DNA from: Toensbergia leucococca
Lineage: Eukaryota
Length of the DNA: 64,000 nt
Direction of reading: 5' to 3'
Assembly: GCA_022813965.1 (NCBI GenBank)
Contig: JALDZS010000040.1
Span: 1 to 64,000 of the forward strand
The notes under the pieces are model-generated. The model saw only the letters and a program-made list of their open reading frames with translations, made no database searches and was not told the DNA's origin. This document shows, in pieces, positions 1 through 12,527 of this stretch; within the stretch, counting starts at the first letter, position 1, and the number at the start of each line of letters is the position of its first letter. The translations under genes and the position numbers were made by a program.

Positions 1-3000
1 TACAGACTAGCTTGAGAAAAGAGCTGGGACAGAAGTTAGAAGGGTTCTCGGATCAGGAGAATGTACGTACTCACACCATCATCATCTTTAACTCGGGAGG
101 GATGAAATCGATAACAATGTTCAATGTTGCAGATCACAAGGAAAGCCTTGTCTGACCTCGAATACGTCAAAGCGTTGAAAGGTCCAGTCCGAGGAATCGT
201 TGTAGACTCGTATGTGCATAGTTTTGAATCTACACATGGTACGTGTCTCCCACTCTCGACGGTAGCTTTATCAGGCCGACGTTCCATGACTGATAAGACG
301 CATCAGTCATCTCCTTGACAAGCTCAGTGCTGGCTCTCCTAGTTGCTTTGTGCATGCGGGAGCATGATCTTGAATGATTAGATCTCCACTTCAGTTCTCC
401 AGTGAATCTTCTCATCCACAGGAATGTTGTGACGGCGAATCTGGGTCTTCTGTGAACATCTACGATCAGAGAACTCTCTTGAGACGTTGGACGGCCATCT
501 CTTGTAGGGATTAGGAAATAGTCCTCCGATCGATTGGCCGTCATATTTACACCCAGCCTCGACCTTACCCCGATGGCCACAACCACAGCCATACCCTAGT
601 AGAAAGAATTGCTAAGTACGGTATTCATACTTGACAGACTTCATCCTTTTGCATACCCTTTTTGATTCATGATGTATATCTCCCACTCCCGATTCTTTAG
701 CACATACATAAAGGTTGGATCTTACTGTTCTAATCCACAATACTATGAAACATATCATCCATTCGATGGAAGGTTTCTATGGATCCTTCAGAGTGATGAC
801 ATAGTGTGGACGGCTGCCAGCCTCTTCACCAGAAGCTTAAGCCCATGCATGAACGCCAGCTTAGGCAATGAGAGGTGTTACCGCAACGGTATGTGCTGTC
901 GTGCGAGACGACGTTGGCTGAAATAGAGGAGGAGATCCTTTGGACCCTGTTTGGGATCTCCGACGAAATGGTAATACCTAGATCAGAACCTGCTGCAATT
1001 CTCGCCGAGTCTGAATTCGAATCTTCCAAGAAACCGAGGCATGCTGGAGCCTTCCCGTGTTCCAGATTTGACGAAGATGTCCTCGAAAAAAAGAGGTTTC
1101 CACCTGGGTGGCTCCCGCCTCCCGCACCGCAAGATAAAAACCTTTGCAGCGCCCCGCCGTTGTACTTGACTAGACGGTTTCTCCAAGGTCTATTATGGTC
1201 ATGTGAACTCTTTTGATTCTACTCTTGAAATTCGGCAAGGTTGCTGCGACAACGTCGTTTTTGAATCTGGAATCGTGGTGCTCATTCCCGTTGGTGCAAG
1301 TATTCCGCGCGTGAGACTGCTTGCGAAGAGGGAATTTAGCCTGATGTTGCAGATAATAACGAAGCTTTACTCCGAATAAGAACCTCATGAGCCTATTTGT
1401 CCTCACTACTGTGCTTCCGTTTAGTCTCAAATATAAATGCCAAGTATGTATATTGGACAGAGGCTGCAAGTGAAAGCGTTGTAGCCCAATAGACCAGAAA
1501 CTAGCTCACAGTTTTGCATCGCTGAAAGTAGTAGATAAGTCAAAGAATGGTATAGCAGGGAATGCCTGTTCAACTTTGGGTAAGTTTAGCTATTCACTTC
1601 TCACTTCCGATCTTGAAGATTCAAGAGACCGCGGAACAGTGAGAAACATTCACTCAAAGAAGGTCAACGCGGTATGCCCTGTTCTGACCAAAGTCTGCTA
1701 GGAGTTCTTGATTGAGAGTGGCACCTTTTTTGCGAAGTAGATATGCCTGATATCCTGACTGATTGGTATGCTACAAAGAAGTCAATTAAAGACTATTCAA
1801 GGATTCGAAGGACTCATGGCAGCCAGCTAAGCTTTTTCTCGCATATTTATGCTTTTAAGCTTCCAAAGCATAGCCCTTGAGCTTGTGAGAGATAAATGTC
1901 AAACGTTCTCTTGAAATGTCTACAATTGTGGTTGCGCTCTTCATCTTTCCTCAGGTGTCGGACGATTGATGTTGCAGGTGGGTTCTCAAATAGATTCGAC
2001 GCTGAATAGTAAGCTTTATATACTTCTCTTAGCCCCAAGCCAGCTGAGTTTTCTCAAGTATACGCTTGGTAACTCTGTTGAAACTGATAGTCTCTTGCAG
2101 ATAGTCAGGGGGATTGATGACTATGGCGCCCGTCTGCCCACCCTCTATTTCTATTATCGGGAGTCTCCTTAAAGCTGGGTTGTCTTGTCTCATTGCTAAG
2201 AAGTCACCGCAGATAGATGGAGAGTAAAAGTAGCAGAAGTAAAGTACAATCAATAAGTGCAGAGTACGTTTTGATCTACTCACAAAGGAAAGCTTCTCGC
2301 ACATCAGAGCTATCAGACATCAACCGGAGGATTAGTCCAGTACAAGTGACACTGACAAAGTCATTATCATGGCAAACTTGTAGGTCTTCTTATTGCAAAG
2401 GCTGTGAAGTATGTGTCAGTGCTTCATACATGTACCCATTTCTGTTGTAGGTCCTACCAGTGCGAGCACAAAGCGACCCCTGAGCATCATAGAGGTATCG
2501 CTGAAAGTGAGAGGGTCCCATAGCACATAGTCATGGGGTAGCCATGGGTGAGCAAGACAAACACCATTTCAAAAATTGAGAGAGAGAACGACACCGGCAC
2601 ATAAAAAGGTGTCAAGGACATCGCTTTCTTGCTTCCTTGACCGATTGGCATCTCTGACTACCGTTGAGTTTTAGATGCTTGCTTCTTGAAACAAGAGTGC
2701 TCCGTTCATAGCAAAGTCAAGTCTCACTCAATTAGGTTCATTTGCCTCACAACTGGTTTCGCAGCCTGTTCTTTGCAGTCAGTTCCCATGGTCGTGTCCA
2801 TTGACTTATTCGCATGCCGGCGAAAGGCCATCGGACATGAAAGTGACGTATGTCATCGACGTCCGCTCACTTGACAACACACGCAGAAGTACTCGAACTT
2901 GACAAAGTACCTGATGACAGTTTTGATCTTTTTTCAATCCACGGGCCGACGTAATGTCCGAAGAAGAGGAGACATGAAGCTGACAAATTCACCCTCCAAC

Positions 3001-3068
3001 TTGAACAACCGGGTCGTAGTACTCTAACTTGAGTTCAATAGAGTAGTCCTCTTTTCCAAGCCGTCATC

Positions 3069-4517
3069 ATGTTTTCCTCGTTTTCCTCCTTTTCTATTCC
3101 TTTCAATCTTCCTCGCTTTCTGGGTGGTGATCCTGGCGTAGCTATTGATATCAAATCTGTCCGAGTCCACGACATCGAGACACAGCATGAGAAGCGAGCC
3201 AGGACTCTGAAGCATCTACTCAAACTCAATCATGCTACCCATTCCATTGTCTATCACCATCTCCAGTTTCACAATCACACACCCCATGTATGTCAGTCTA
3301 AAAGGGAAATGCCCCGTTCTCTCACACGCTCATCTTCATTCCTAGATTTTGGGATCTGCATATTTGCTAGGAGCCGAATCGGAGCACCTCAACGACATCT
3401 ACGAGGATGAGTCCAAAGGGCTGGAGACATGGAAAGATTCACCTACTGAGGTTACAAAGGATGACTGGCGAGACTTCTTGGGAGACCGACGGTGATTAAG
3501 ATCAGACGCTTACTAGCTCACGTACAGGCCCAACTAATGCCGAACAGCTATCAGAGAGCCTACGTTGATTTCTTTGAGGACCAGCTTGTCCTCCACGGCT
3601 ACAATTGGCGCCAGGTATTAGACGAGTTTATGTTTAATGGGAAAGAGCCACTTATCAACTGTCTAATCGCAGGATGTATGCCTGTATCCTTGACACTATG
3701 ACCGTTCATCTTGCTCATAAGCATTGCAGTGGGTCATCCCCTGATACATCTTGGCTATGCCTATGAGCTCTCGAGCCGCGAGCTGGTCATGGAAGCTCTT
3801 GGTCTGGCAACTACTTGCTATAATTCCTTACACAAGTACCTTGATGACGCCTCCTACACAAAGCCTTCCAAGTATAGCTCATCGTCGCCATTGGAGATCT
3901 TACAAGCCGTCTCTGCTGACAAACGGTTCGACGGCCTGTTCGATCACCAGGGGGCTGACAATATTGATTTTCTCTTCGAGAATCACGAAGATGCGGTGCT
4001 CGAACACTGGAACGCATGGCGATTATCGAATCCCAAAAAGCAGTTCGAAGAGAGTCAATATGCCGCGGTGGCAATTTTAGTAGCTACACACGAACCAGGA
4101 AGCAAGAAATACGACTTCTTTCTCGTGCACCTACTAACATCCAGTCATGCTGTTCGAATTCTGCTACCCTTCATCCCCGCCAAATTTCATGTCGCACTTG
4201 TTAGACAATGGTGGCTTTTGACACTGGCAGTATACATAGCTCAAGTCAGACCGGCTATCGAGATAGATCGTGTCCTGAATTTCAAATTAAATGGCGAGAC
4301 GTGGGAATGGGTTGACAAGCATGCTATTGAAGGCAAATGGGCCCTCGATGCTCACTATGTGAAAGCACTTCGGGCTATGAAAGAGGCTGCGCAGACCTGG
4401 GGAGACGAAAACGAGTTTTATCTGAAAGCTGCGATCAAATTTGGACAGGAGTTTGATGGATGGGGTGGGTTTGGCCCGCTAGATGCTGAGGCGGCGCAAC
4501 ATGCCGATCGAAATTGA
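3069..4517 (+). CDS. Questin oxidase-like / AflY-HypA (DUF4243, MGS207-like) protein, 4 exons
   Basis: Motifs FHNHTPH|ILGSAYLLGA, YQRAYVDFFEDQL, GHPLIHLGYAYE, DFFLVHLLTSSHAVR, DAHYVKALRAM. Predicted introns near 3288-3345, 3492-3548 and 3676-3729 join ORFs 3069, 3492 and 3711. Confidence 0.85.
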
Positions 4518-5019
4518 AGTGAGCATCAGAAAAAGTTGGAGGAAATGCAGAACGGCCAAGACACTGGGGCAATTCGTGGCAGGAGTTGTTACCGCCTGGG
4601 TACCGTATGACTCATTGAGGCTTTCAATGCAAGCATTATGCGTTAGTGGGAACAATCAGGCATTATGTCCTTCTTCGAGAGAGTTTAAGCTTGGATCAAG
4701 TAACCTAATGGTCCTTGAAGCTGTAGGAGGTACCTTGCCTGCTTGCATTGTTAGTATTTTCGCTGCTTCCAGGGTCCGGTAGATCCGATAATCTTGTCCC
4801 CAAATCGTACGAACATTGCTAGGTCCGTAAGCGTATCACAAAATTCACTACATATGGCACATCTGAAAACACTCCAATGAAACACTTGTGGGATCCGTAC
4901 TAGGGCTGAGAGGAGCACAGAGACAATCAAGATCAGGAAGTATTTGCTTCACAAAAAAACCGAGGGAAAGCGGCAAGATCTTTGCTCTAAACTGTATACC
5001 AAACTAGAATAGAAATCCT

Positions 5020-5925
5020 CTACTGCGCTTTGGAAGCCACAATTTCTGTATATCAAGATTAGCCTTGGTGCACAGCAGCAACCGTCGACGAATGGTTTGA
5101 CGTACTCTCTACATCTGCTACACTCTGTTGCAGGATCTGCTGCAACGTCTTGGGGTTCTCTAGCTCCTTTGTAATCTTACTAATGATGCTCTCCGCCAGC
5201 TCTCGCTGTTGTCTCTGCTTGACCTGCCCCTCGTATCGCACCCATGAGTCAAGTACTTGCTTCGCTTCATGAGCGAGGGCGGTTGTCTGCTCAAGCTCGA
5301 AAGCCTTGGCTTCGAGGTTGGCGGTTTCCTGATCCAGTCAATAACGGATCATACAACTCAACAATGAATTCGGAGGGTGATGTACTTTGGAGACTTCGAA
5401 GAGACTCTTGGTGATATCAATGACGCTGCCAAGTTCCTTGACGCTGTCCATTCTTTGTTTGACCGCGCTAGTGTGGTCTTCCCTTGCGGCGTTCAAGATC
5501 CCCTTCATCTTGCTCACCTGGCCGTCGGCCCACTCCTTGTACATGGGACCTCCGTATTTGCCGACCGCCCAGAAGATGCTGAAAATACTGAACAAGACAA
5601 TTGACTCTTCGTTGACCACGTAAAGCTCGTTGCTGATAGCAAATATTGAGACTCCGGCCCCTGCGGAGAGGATGGCGGTCTTGGATATTAGGGAGTTACC
5701 GGGAAGCGAATCGAGGATGGATTGAGCCCTTTTCTTCGGCTCTTCAGCAGGGACATTTGATGCATGTCGAGATGAGGTAAGAGAAGTCGAGAGAGCAGGT
5801 AGGGCTCGAAGGGGGGTTGTTGGTCGAAGTCGTGTAGCCCCTTCAAGCGATTAGCTTGGACTTCAATGGTTCTAAAGACAGAAGCCTAGCTTACCAAGAG
5901 CACTCTTTGCCAACCGAGACGCCAT
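5020..5925 (-). CDS. ATP4: Mitochondrial ATP synthase subunit 4 (b), spliced
   Basis: MASRLAKSAL presequence, IDSLPGNSLISKTAILSAG, NELYVVNEESIV, KQVLDSWVRYEGQVKQRQQRELAESII; stop TAG at 5020-5022; about 3 short introns. Confidence 0.93.
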
Positions 5926-6167
5926 TGCAGATGTTTATCGACCGACGATGTGATAGTGGATGGCTCTTGAGGTGATGTTGCTTCCTCGGACGGAGACGCA
6001 AGAACTCACCTCGCTTATTTAACCCGATCTGATCTAGAATAGAACTACTCTAGCCTTGAACTAAGGTAGTACTTTGCATGCGCAAAAAGACTTCCCCGAA
6101 GATTTCACAAAATGCCCTCGAGTACGGATACGGAGTACCAAGCTCTTTTATAGAACCAGCGACAGAC

Positions 6168-7931
6168 ATGCCCGCATTGACCATCGAGGCAGAAGCCGGG
6201 AAGAAGAGGAAGAGGAAGAGTAAAGATACGCAGCCGAACGAAGCTAAGGTCAAGAGAGGCTCCACGAAAAGAGCTGCGCGACAAGAACATGGCATTGGAT
6301 CGCAAATTCTTCTCCTTGAGAACCAAATCCTTGAATCGCGGCGGCATTATAATCACATTCCTAAATTGCTGAAGCACGCGCAAAACAGTGATACTGCAGG
6401 CTCAAACGACATCTTTGCTGCCGTGGCACTATGTCGGGTATTCTGCCGGTTGATGGCTGCTGGGAGCTTGAACAAATCGCGGGAAACAGCCGGAAATGAG
6501 TCTATCATTGTAAAATGGCTGATAGAAAGATACCAAGACTTTATCAACATCCTCATGAAAATGCTATCAAATGGGGTGCCAGAAAAGCAAAGCACTGCTT
6601 TGACACTCCTCATGCAATTAGTCAAGGAGGAGGCTTCGAGTCTCGCCTTGGGCGAAAATGCTGTATGGCATACTGGTACATTTACAAATATTCTGCGGAC
6701 GTTGATAGAAAGCACTTCTTTGCATGAAGCTAGATTGCACTTCCTGGAGAAATATGTAAAGAAATTCGGTGATGTTCGTTACTATACATTTGCGTGTTTG
6801 GCGTATGGATTGTTTGCCTTCCTTATTGCACAGAAAGCAGGCTGATACATGGCTTAGTGGGTTTGCGTCTGGCGATATCACGAACGAATCTCTGGATAAC
6901 ATACTCTCGATCCTTACTGCAATTGAGAATCCTCTGAACAATCACAATGAATCAGAGAGACTCTATATTAGCTCTTTGTCTAGCAAAAAGCAGAGGCTTC
7001 ATTCTCCAGCTGCAAACAAAAAGCAGGCTCAGAAGGCATGGTTGGCCGTATTGCGACAGGATCTAAGTAAAGCGCAACGCAAGACATTGTTGGATTTAAT
7101 GGCACATCGAATAGCTCCTTGGTTCCTCAACATCGAACGGCTCATGGACTTCCTTACCGACTCTTTTAATGTTGGGGGTTCGACATCGTTGCTGGCTCTG
7201 TCAGGACTCTTCTACCTGGTTCAAGAAAAGAACCTAGATTATCCGCAATTTTATCCGAAGCTGTACTCCTTACTCAACTCTGAGATACTACATTCGAAGC
7301 ACCGGTCACGTTTTTTTCGCCTCCTCGATACATTCTTGACATCAACGCATTTGCCTGCAGCCTTAGTAGCTAGCTTCATCAAGAGACTGTCGAGGCTGAC
7401 ACTTCATTCACCGCCGTCAGGCATTGTGGTCGTTGTCCCTTGGATCTACAATCTTCTCAAAAGTCATCCCACGTGTACCTTCATGATTCACAGAGAAATA
7501 CCTGGGCAAGGAGAGAAAATGGACTTGGAGGAGAATGGCATGGAAGATCCGTTCCGAATGGATGAGCCTGATCCTATGAAAACAAAGGCAATCGAGAGTA
7601 GTCTTTGGGAGATCGAAATGCTGCAGACGCACTACCATCCCAACGTCGCTACGATAGCAAAGATTATTTCCGAGCAATTTACTAAGCAAGCATACAACAT
7701 TGAAGACTTCTTAGATCATTCTTATGGGAGCGTAGGCGCATCTCCTCCCCCCAATCTCTGACTTGGATTTCTGATACTAAATCATTCCAGATGTTGAATG
7801 CGGAATTAACAAGGGATACAAAGAAGGCTCCTGTAATTGAATACGAGATACCCAAAACAATATTCAAGGGAAATGAAGACGGGTCGGAGAGAAAGCCAAG
7901 CCTCTTGATTAGATTATGGGACTTTAGCTAG
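6168..7931 (+). CDS. NOC4: Nucleolar complex protein 4 (CBF/Mak21 family), 3 exons
   Basis: LMDFLTDS, SLLALSGLF, NLDYPQFYPKLYSLL, SKHRSRFFRLLDTFLTSTHLPAALVASFIKRLSRL, AIESSLWEI, HYHPNVA, YNIEDFLDHSY. Last exon 7791-7931 ends LWDFS*. Confidence 0.92.
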
Positions 7932-8233
7932 AGATAGAACGGAAAGAGACTTGAGTAGACTTTGTGGTGTGTAAATTGCAGTGATTCTCGGCCGACGCAC
8001 GTTTGCAGCTTGCCGGTGTTTGAGGCGCAGCAGTGCGCCTTCTTTGTCGCCATACTTTCATCAGCCCCTACATCTAAGCCCGCTATTATGTCTTCATTAG
8101 ATCCACTGCACGGCTCTCCAAGGAAAAATCGTGATATCGCAAATGAGCAGATGACTGGGCCCCATTTCATTTGCACCATCCCCTATGCTGAAGTTCGGCA
8201 TTGGCCCTCCATAGCCCCAAATTGTCCAACACC

Positions 8234-9965
8234 ATGACCCTGAAAGATCTACTGAAAAAGAAAGAGAAATTCAAGGAGAATGAAGCGCCTGCACCACCCC
8301 AGTTTACTTTTGTGCGCACCGATACTCTCACCCAAGAGATCATAAGCCCTCCTTCCTTCAACGAGTCTCCTCCTCCGCCATCGGGCAGCGACCCGCACCA
8401 CCACGCCGGTGGGAGACGCCTTCCGCATTTCCGAACTGCCTCAGCGACGACCATCTCCTCGCGGACGTCAACACTACAAGGTGAAAGACGCCTGTCCCGT
8501 CCGTTGCGCCTGCGTTCCGCATCATCACGCGCCTCGAGCGTCGGTTCCGCAAACGTGCCGTTCGATTTGCCGAGCATCGCTCCCGGTAGCGATGGCAGCG
8601 ACGACAAAGAAGCGCAGTGGGAGGAAAGGGCGACTCTTTTGGCCCGAGGAAATCCACACGGTCTGCCTGGAGGAGCCAACGCGGATTTACCGCCCACCAC
8701 CGCTCTCAGGGAGCTGAGTCTGGAGGAAGATGGTAATGGGACTCGTCCCAAGATGGCGCGGAGTGTCAGCGATGCGCAGGGCGATGTAAATCAACTCCAG
8801 AGTAGTGACGGCGAAAAAAAGGGGACCAAGGCTGATTTTAGGGGGGAGTAGGAAAGCATTCAAGAGGCAATCAGGCTTCACGAAGCTGGGGGTAATGCGA
8901 ACAGCTACGAAAATATGCACAATGGACCGTCTCGCTGACGGGTGTTTGCGGCCCCTCTTAGATCTCGCACGGTCAACCGCCATGTTTGGAAGATTATCTG
9001 ATCCCCAAGGGGCAAACAACGCCTTGAGTCAAGTTCTTTACGGTCTCGCGCTGAGGTCAGTCCCCTCCTCTCCCATCCCGCACTCCAGTCTGTCAGCATA
9101 TCAAACTCGATCTCGCCCCCCAGAGCCCAGGTTCTGATTTGCTCAAAAACCGCAGGCACGGCTGGGGAATTCCTCCAGATGCCTCCCTCGCCATCACGTA
9201 TCTCTCCTACGCGGCTTCCAACTCCGCGTCCATCGAATCGGAAGCCCTAGCGGCCGGCATGAAAAAGGGCGGTGCGGCGAAGGGGGAGCTGGTCCTGGCA
9301 ATCTATGAGCTAGGCAACTGCTTCAGGCACGGATGGGGAGTGAACAAAGATCCCCTGGCGGCCAGGAGCTATTACGAAACGGCGGCCAATCTCGGTGATG
9401 TCGATTCCATGAACGAGGTCGCTTGGTGCTACGAGCACGGTTTTGGGGGCAAGAAGGACAAGGTGAGTGGTGGCGGCCTGGGCTTGAGTTGTCGAGGGCC
9501 CATAATCATTTTCATGCATTGGTGCGCGGAAGCCCGTGAGGTTTCGAACGAGTTCAATCTTGAAAAGTTCGGCAGAAGAAAGGACCGGAACTTGTCCCGT
9601 TGGGCAATCAAGTTAGGTAGCAACGCGTGTGTGGGGGGTGTTGAGGCTGACGCTCGAAAACGAAACGTTTCTAGTTCATTGCGGCGCGATACTATCGTCT
9701 GGCGGAAGAAAAGGGTAGCAAGACGTTGGGTAATTCATGGTAGGTCCTCTTTCCTTTCGTATTTTATCCACCCCCATTTGCCGGAACTGCTCCCCTGCCC
9801 TGGACCCGTGCTTGTTGTTTCATCACGCGTCGGCATTTGTGGGTCCGTTGGACCTGAGGCGGTGTGCCGGAGAATTTAGATGTGGCAAGTGGCTGACCCC
9901 AAACTAACCGATTTTTATTTTTCAGGATCTGGAAAGCAAAGTATAACCCCAAGGAGTCGACCTAA
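8234..9965 (+). CDS. Sel1-like repeat protein (DSF2/Nif1-like), multi-exon
   Basis: FTFVRTDT, WEERATLLA, IQEAIRLHEAG, LSQVLYGLALRHGWG, GELVLAIYELGNCFRHGWG, YYETAANLGDVDSMNEVAWCYEHGFG; terminal exons give GNSWIWKAKYNPKEST* (TAA 9963-9965). Confidence 0.85.
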
Positions 9966-10563
9966 AGGCTAGGAGCTACAGGGCACGTATTAGTGCCGCT
10001 GCAGGTAGACGAGGAACCTTGGGCCTCCTGCTCTCTGTGTGGTTGCCTTGTTTACTGGGCTCCGTCCCTTCATTCTGATACTGTTGTTGCGACGTATCAA
10101 TCATGATCAAGTAGTGTATGTAGTCAACTAATTTATGAGACCACAAAGGAAAGAGTTGAGATGCATTTCTGCCTGATTATGATCTCTCGTGTTTAGTCTA
10201 CTCGTCTTGATTGGTCCGACATCTTACTATCATAAACACCAGGTGATTGTGCGTTAATTACATGTGAGTGGGAATCGCCGCCAATAAAAGTCATCAGATA
10301 CGCTGCGTCAGAGTCGTAAGGCATTCGTCATACCGTGATCCTCCTTCCCTCCAGCCAACGCTGTTTCAAACCCAAAAAAAGGGCGAGAGATATTTGATTC
10401 CTCCGAAGATCCACGGCAATTGATGCAGAAAATGTGAAAACATCATCATGAATCCTCCTCCCTTGCGGGGTGCTGTAGCAGTCTGAAAGTTGATATAAAA
10501 AGAAAATCGTTATAATCATGAATCGTTCTGTGAGATAAGGTTTGAAATCTGGCTGTCGTAGAT

Positions 10564-12527
10564 TCAACTCATGGGCTCCATTTCCGACCCTCTGCTGCTT
10601 TTCCCATTACACCATGCGACCATGCGAGCAAAGTCCCGCACAACTTCTCTAGGCACTTCATCCCACATCAGCGAACGTGTGTATATTTCCGCAGCCGATC
10701 CTTGTTTCTCTGCGCGCATAGCGGCAAGTGCTTCAGCAAGATTCCTACGATGAGTAGGTTGAGGAGGTTTTGCTTCATCAAAGAAGTCGTCCGAATTGAT
10801 GCCGTTGAAATGATCCGCTGTTAGTGAGAACATTTGGTCCCTCTCTTGCTCTTCGGTGGGAGAAACGAGTCGATGGTGCAAAGATTCGAGGGGAGAATGT
10901 GATATGCTAGCAATCTCGGAAGCACTGAGAGTGGTTTTTCGTGGATTTCCAGGCACGCCTGTCCTTACTGCCTCAATGTCGTTGCTGTTAGATGATGGAA
11001 GCTGGTACGGTCGAAGCCCAGCATCCTGATACACACTGTCTAGTACCGCGCCAGAAGCCATTCGCACGTCTTCCGGCATCCGTGGAATTGCGGGAGGTGT
11101 TGTCGAGGCACTGTTTGAAGCTACCCAGGCACCACAAAGAAGAAGCATGAGGAGAAAGCCGGATGTAGCTGGCCTGTCGTCGTCCTTGCTCGCCTGTTCT
11201 TTCTTGAGTAACACTACCGACGGTGCTTCACGCTGCGGGTCGGTTTCGATGTTGAAATCGGGAACAACGGAGAAGTTATCCCAAGAGCTACTGTCCATTG
11301 TAAGGTGGTCAAAGTCGGAGAAGTCTGTAGAGTACCCTGTCGAGCTCGGAGCCGCTGACATTGAGATGCCCTCCAATTTCTGGACTTGCTCGACAAGGTA
11401 ATTGTTTTTCTTGCGTAGGTCACCAGTCTCGAGTGTGTGGCTTCGAACCATCTCTTCCTTGTCCATGACCAGCTGATCTATGTACTGTTGGCACTGCTGA
11501 TGAGATGAGACCCAGCTTTCTTTCTCTCGGGCCCATTCCACTTCTCGGAGCTTCATTTCACCCAACGCCTCCTCCAGCTCATTAATGATAGTGCTGGTTT
11601 GTTTCTTCTCTTCCTCTAACCTTTCAGTGTGCTGTTTTTTCCGTTGTCTGGAATCGAGGCTGGAACACGGTCAGTACCTTGTAGCAACGAGAGATGACGA
11701 ACTTTGGAATGGATATCCACGCACGCTGCTTGCCTATTTCTTAAGAGACGCTTCTGCTGCTTAAGCTCCTTGATTTCCTGCTCATCACAAGTTTGGTTGA
11801 TAAGGTTGTCAATGTTCCGCAAGGTCCGTTCCGCAGGTATCTCGAAGCGAGCATTCTTCTTTCTGATGCCATCACGTCTCAGCAGCGGTGGATTACAGTG
11901 ATATGTTGGACTCTCAGGTCGCTCGCGCTTCGGTACCGATTGAAGCTCCACATGCTCCGACGACGAAGCTGACATCCAGTCATGACCAGATTGGGGAGAT
12001 GTTGATGAGCCTGTACTCAGCTGAAAGTTTGGCCTCGAGCCCAGAGGCAGCCCACGGTAGGTACTTGGTTGTAGTGGATGTACAAAAGCATTAGGGTATG
12101 ATGATCTCGTGCTTTTACTATCGTAGCATGGGGCAAGGCTCTCATAGACGGTGGTCGGTGTGCAAGAGCCTTGAGCGCTTTCTGGAAGCCATGTGGACGG
12201 TTGATGTCCATATGCTATCCTTTGGGAAGCTTCCTGTGGGATAAAAGAGCCACGACCTTGATCCATGAACGAGTGTACGGAATTTGCAGAAACTGGGACT
12301 TCGGCGGAATCGTTGGTGTTGTATGGATAGTCAGACCATGTACTGTCGGTGGGTGAGAAAGCCGAAGTGCTATCAGCAAAGGATTCTCGTCGATGTCCAT
12401 GTCTTGGTGACATGTTGGGTGAATCGTTGCCAAGAATGTTCTCGTTAAGAACACCGTAGTCGTCCTCATTAACTAGCGTCTGCTTTGGACCCAGAGTCAA
12501 ATTGGATGATATGGTGAAATCCAGCAT
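10564..12527 (-). CDS. bZIP transcription factor with a C-terminal hydrophobic (putative TM) segment, 2 exons
   Basis: RRDGIRKKNARFEIPAER...KQQKRLLRNRQAA|LDSRQRKKQHTERLEEEKK basic region joined across intron 11660-11724 (GTGCGT...ACTGAC...CAG); later GFLLMLLLCGAWVAS. Confidence 0.88.

Noticed and set aside
10..210. Cytochrome P450 J/K-helix-like fragment (LRKEL...ITRKALSDLEYVKA)
   Set aside because: No ExxR or heme-binding FxxGxxxC motif found downstream; similarity too weak.
3069..4517. Secondary-metabolite gene cluster around the questin-oxidase-like gene
   Set aside because: Neighbours in this window are housekeeping genes (ATP4, NOC4); no PKS/NRPS or tailoring genes visible.
8167..8751. 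194-aa minus-strand ORF
   Set aside because: Antisense to the first exon of the Sel1-repeat gene.
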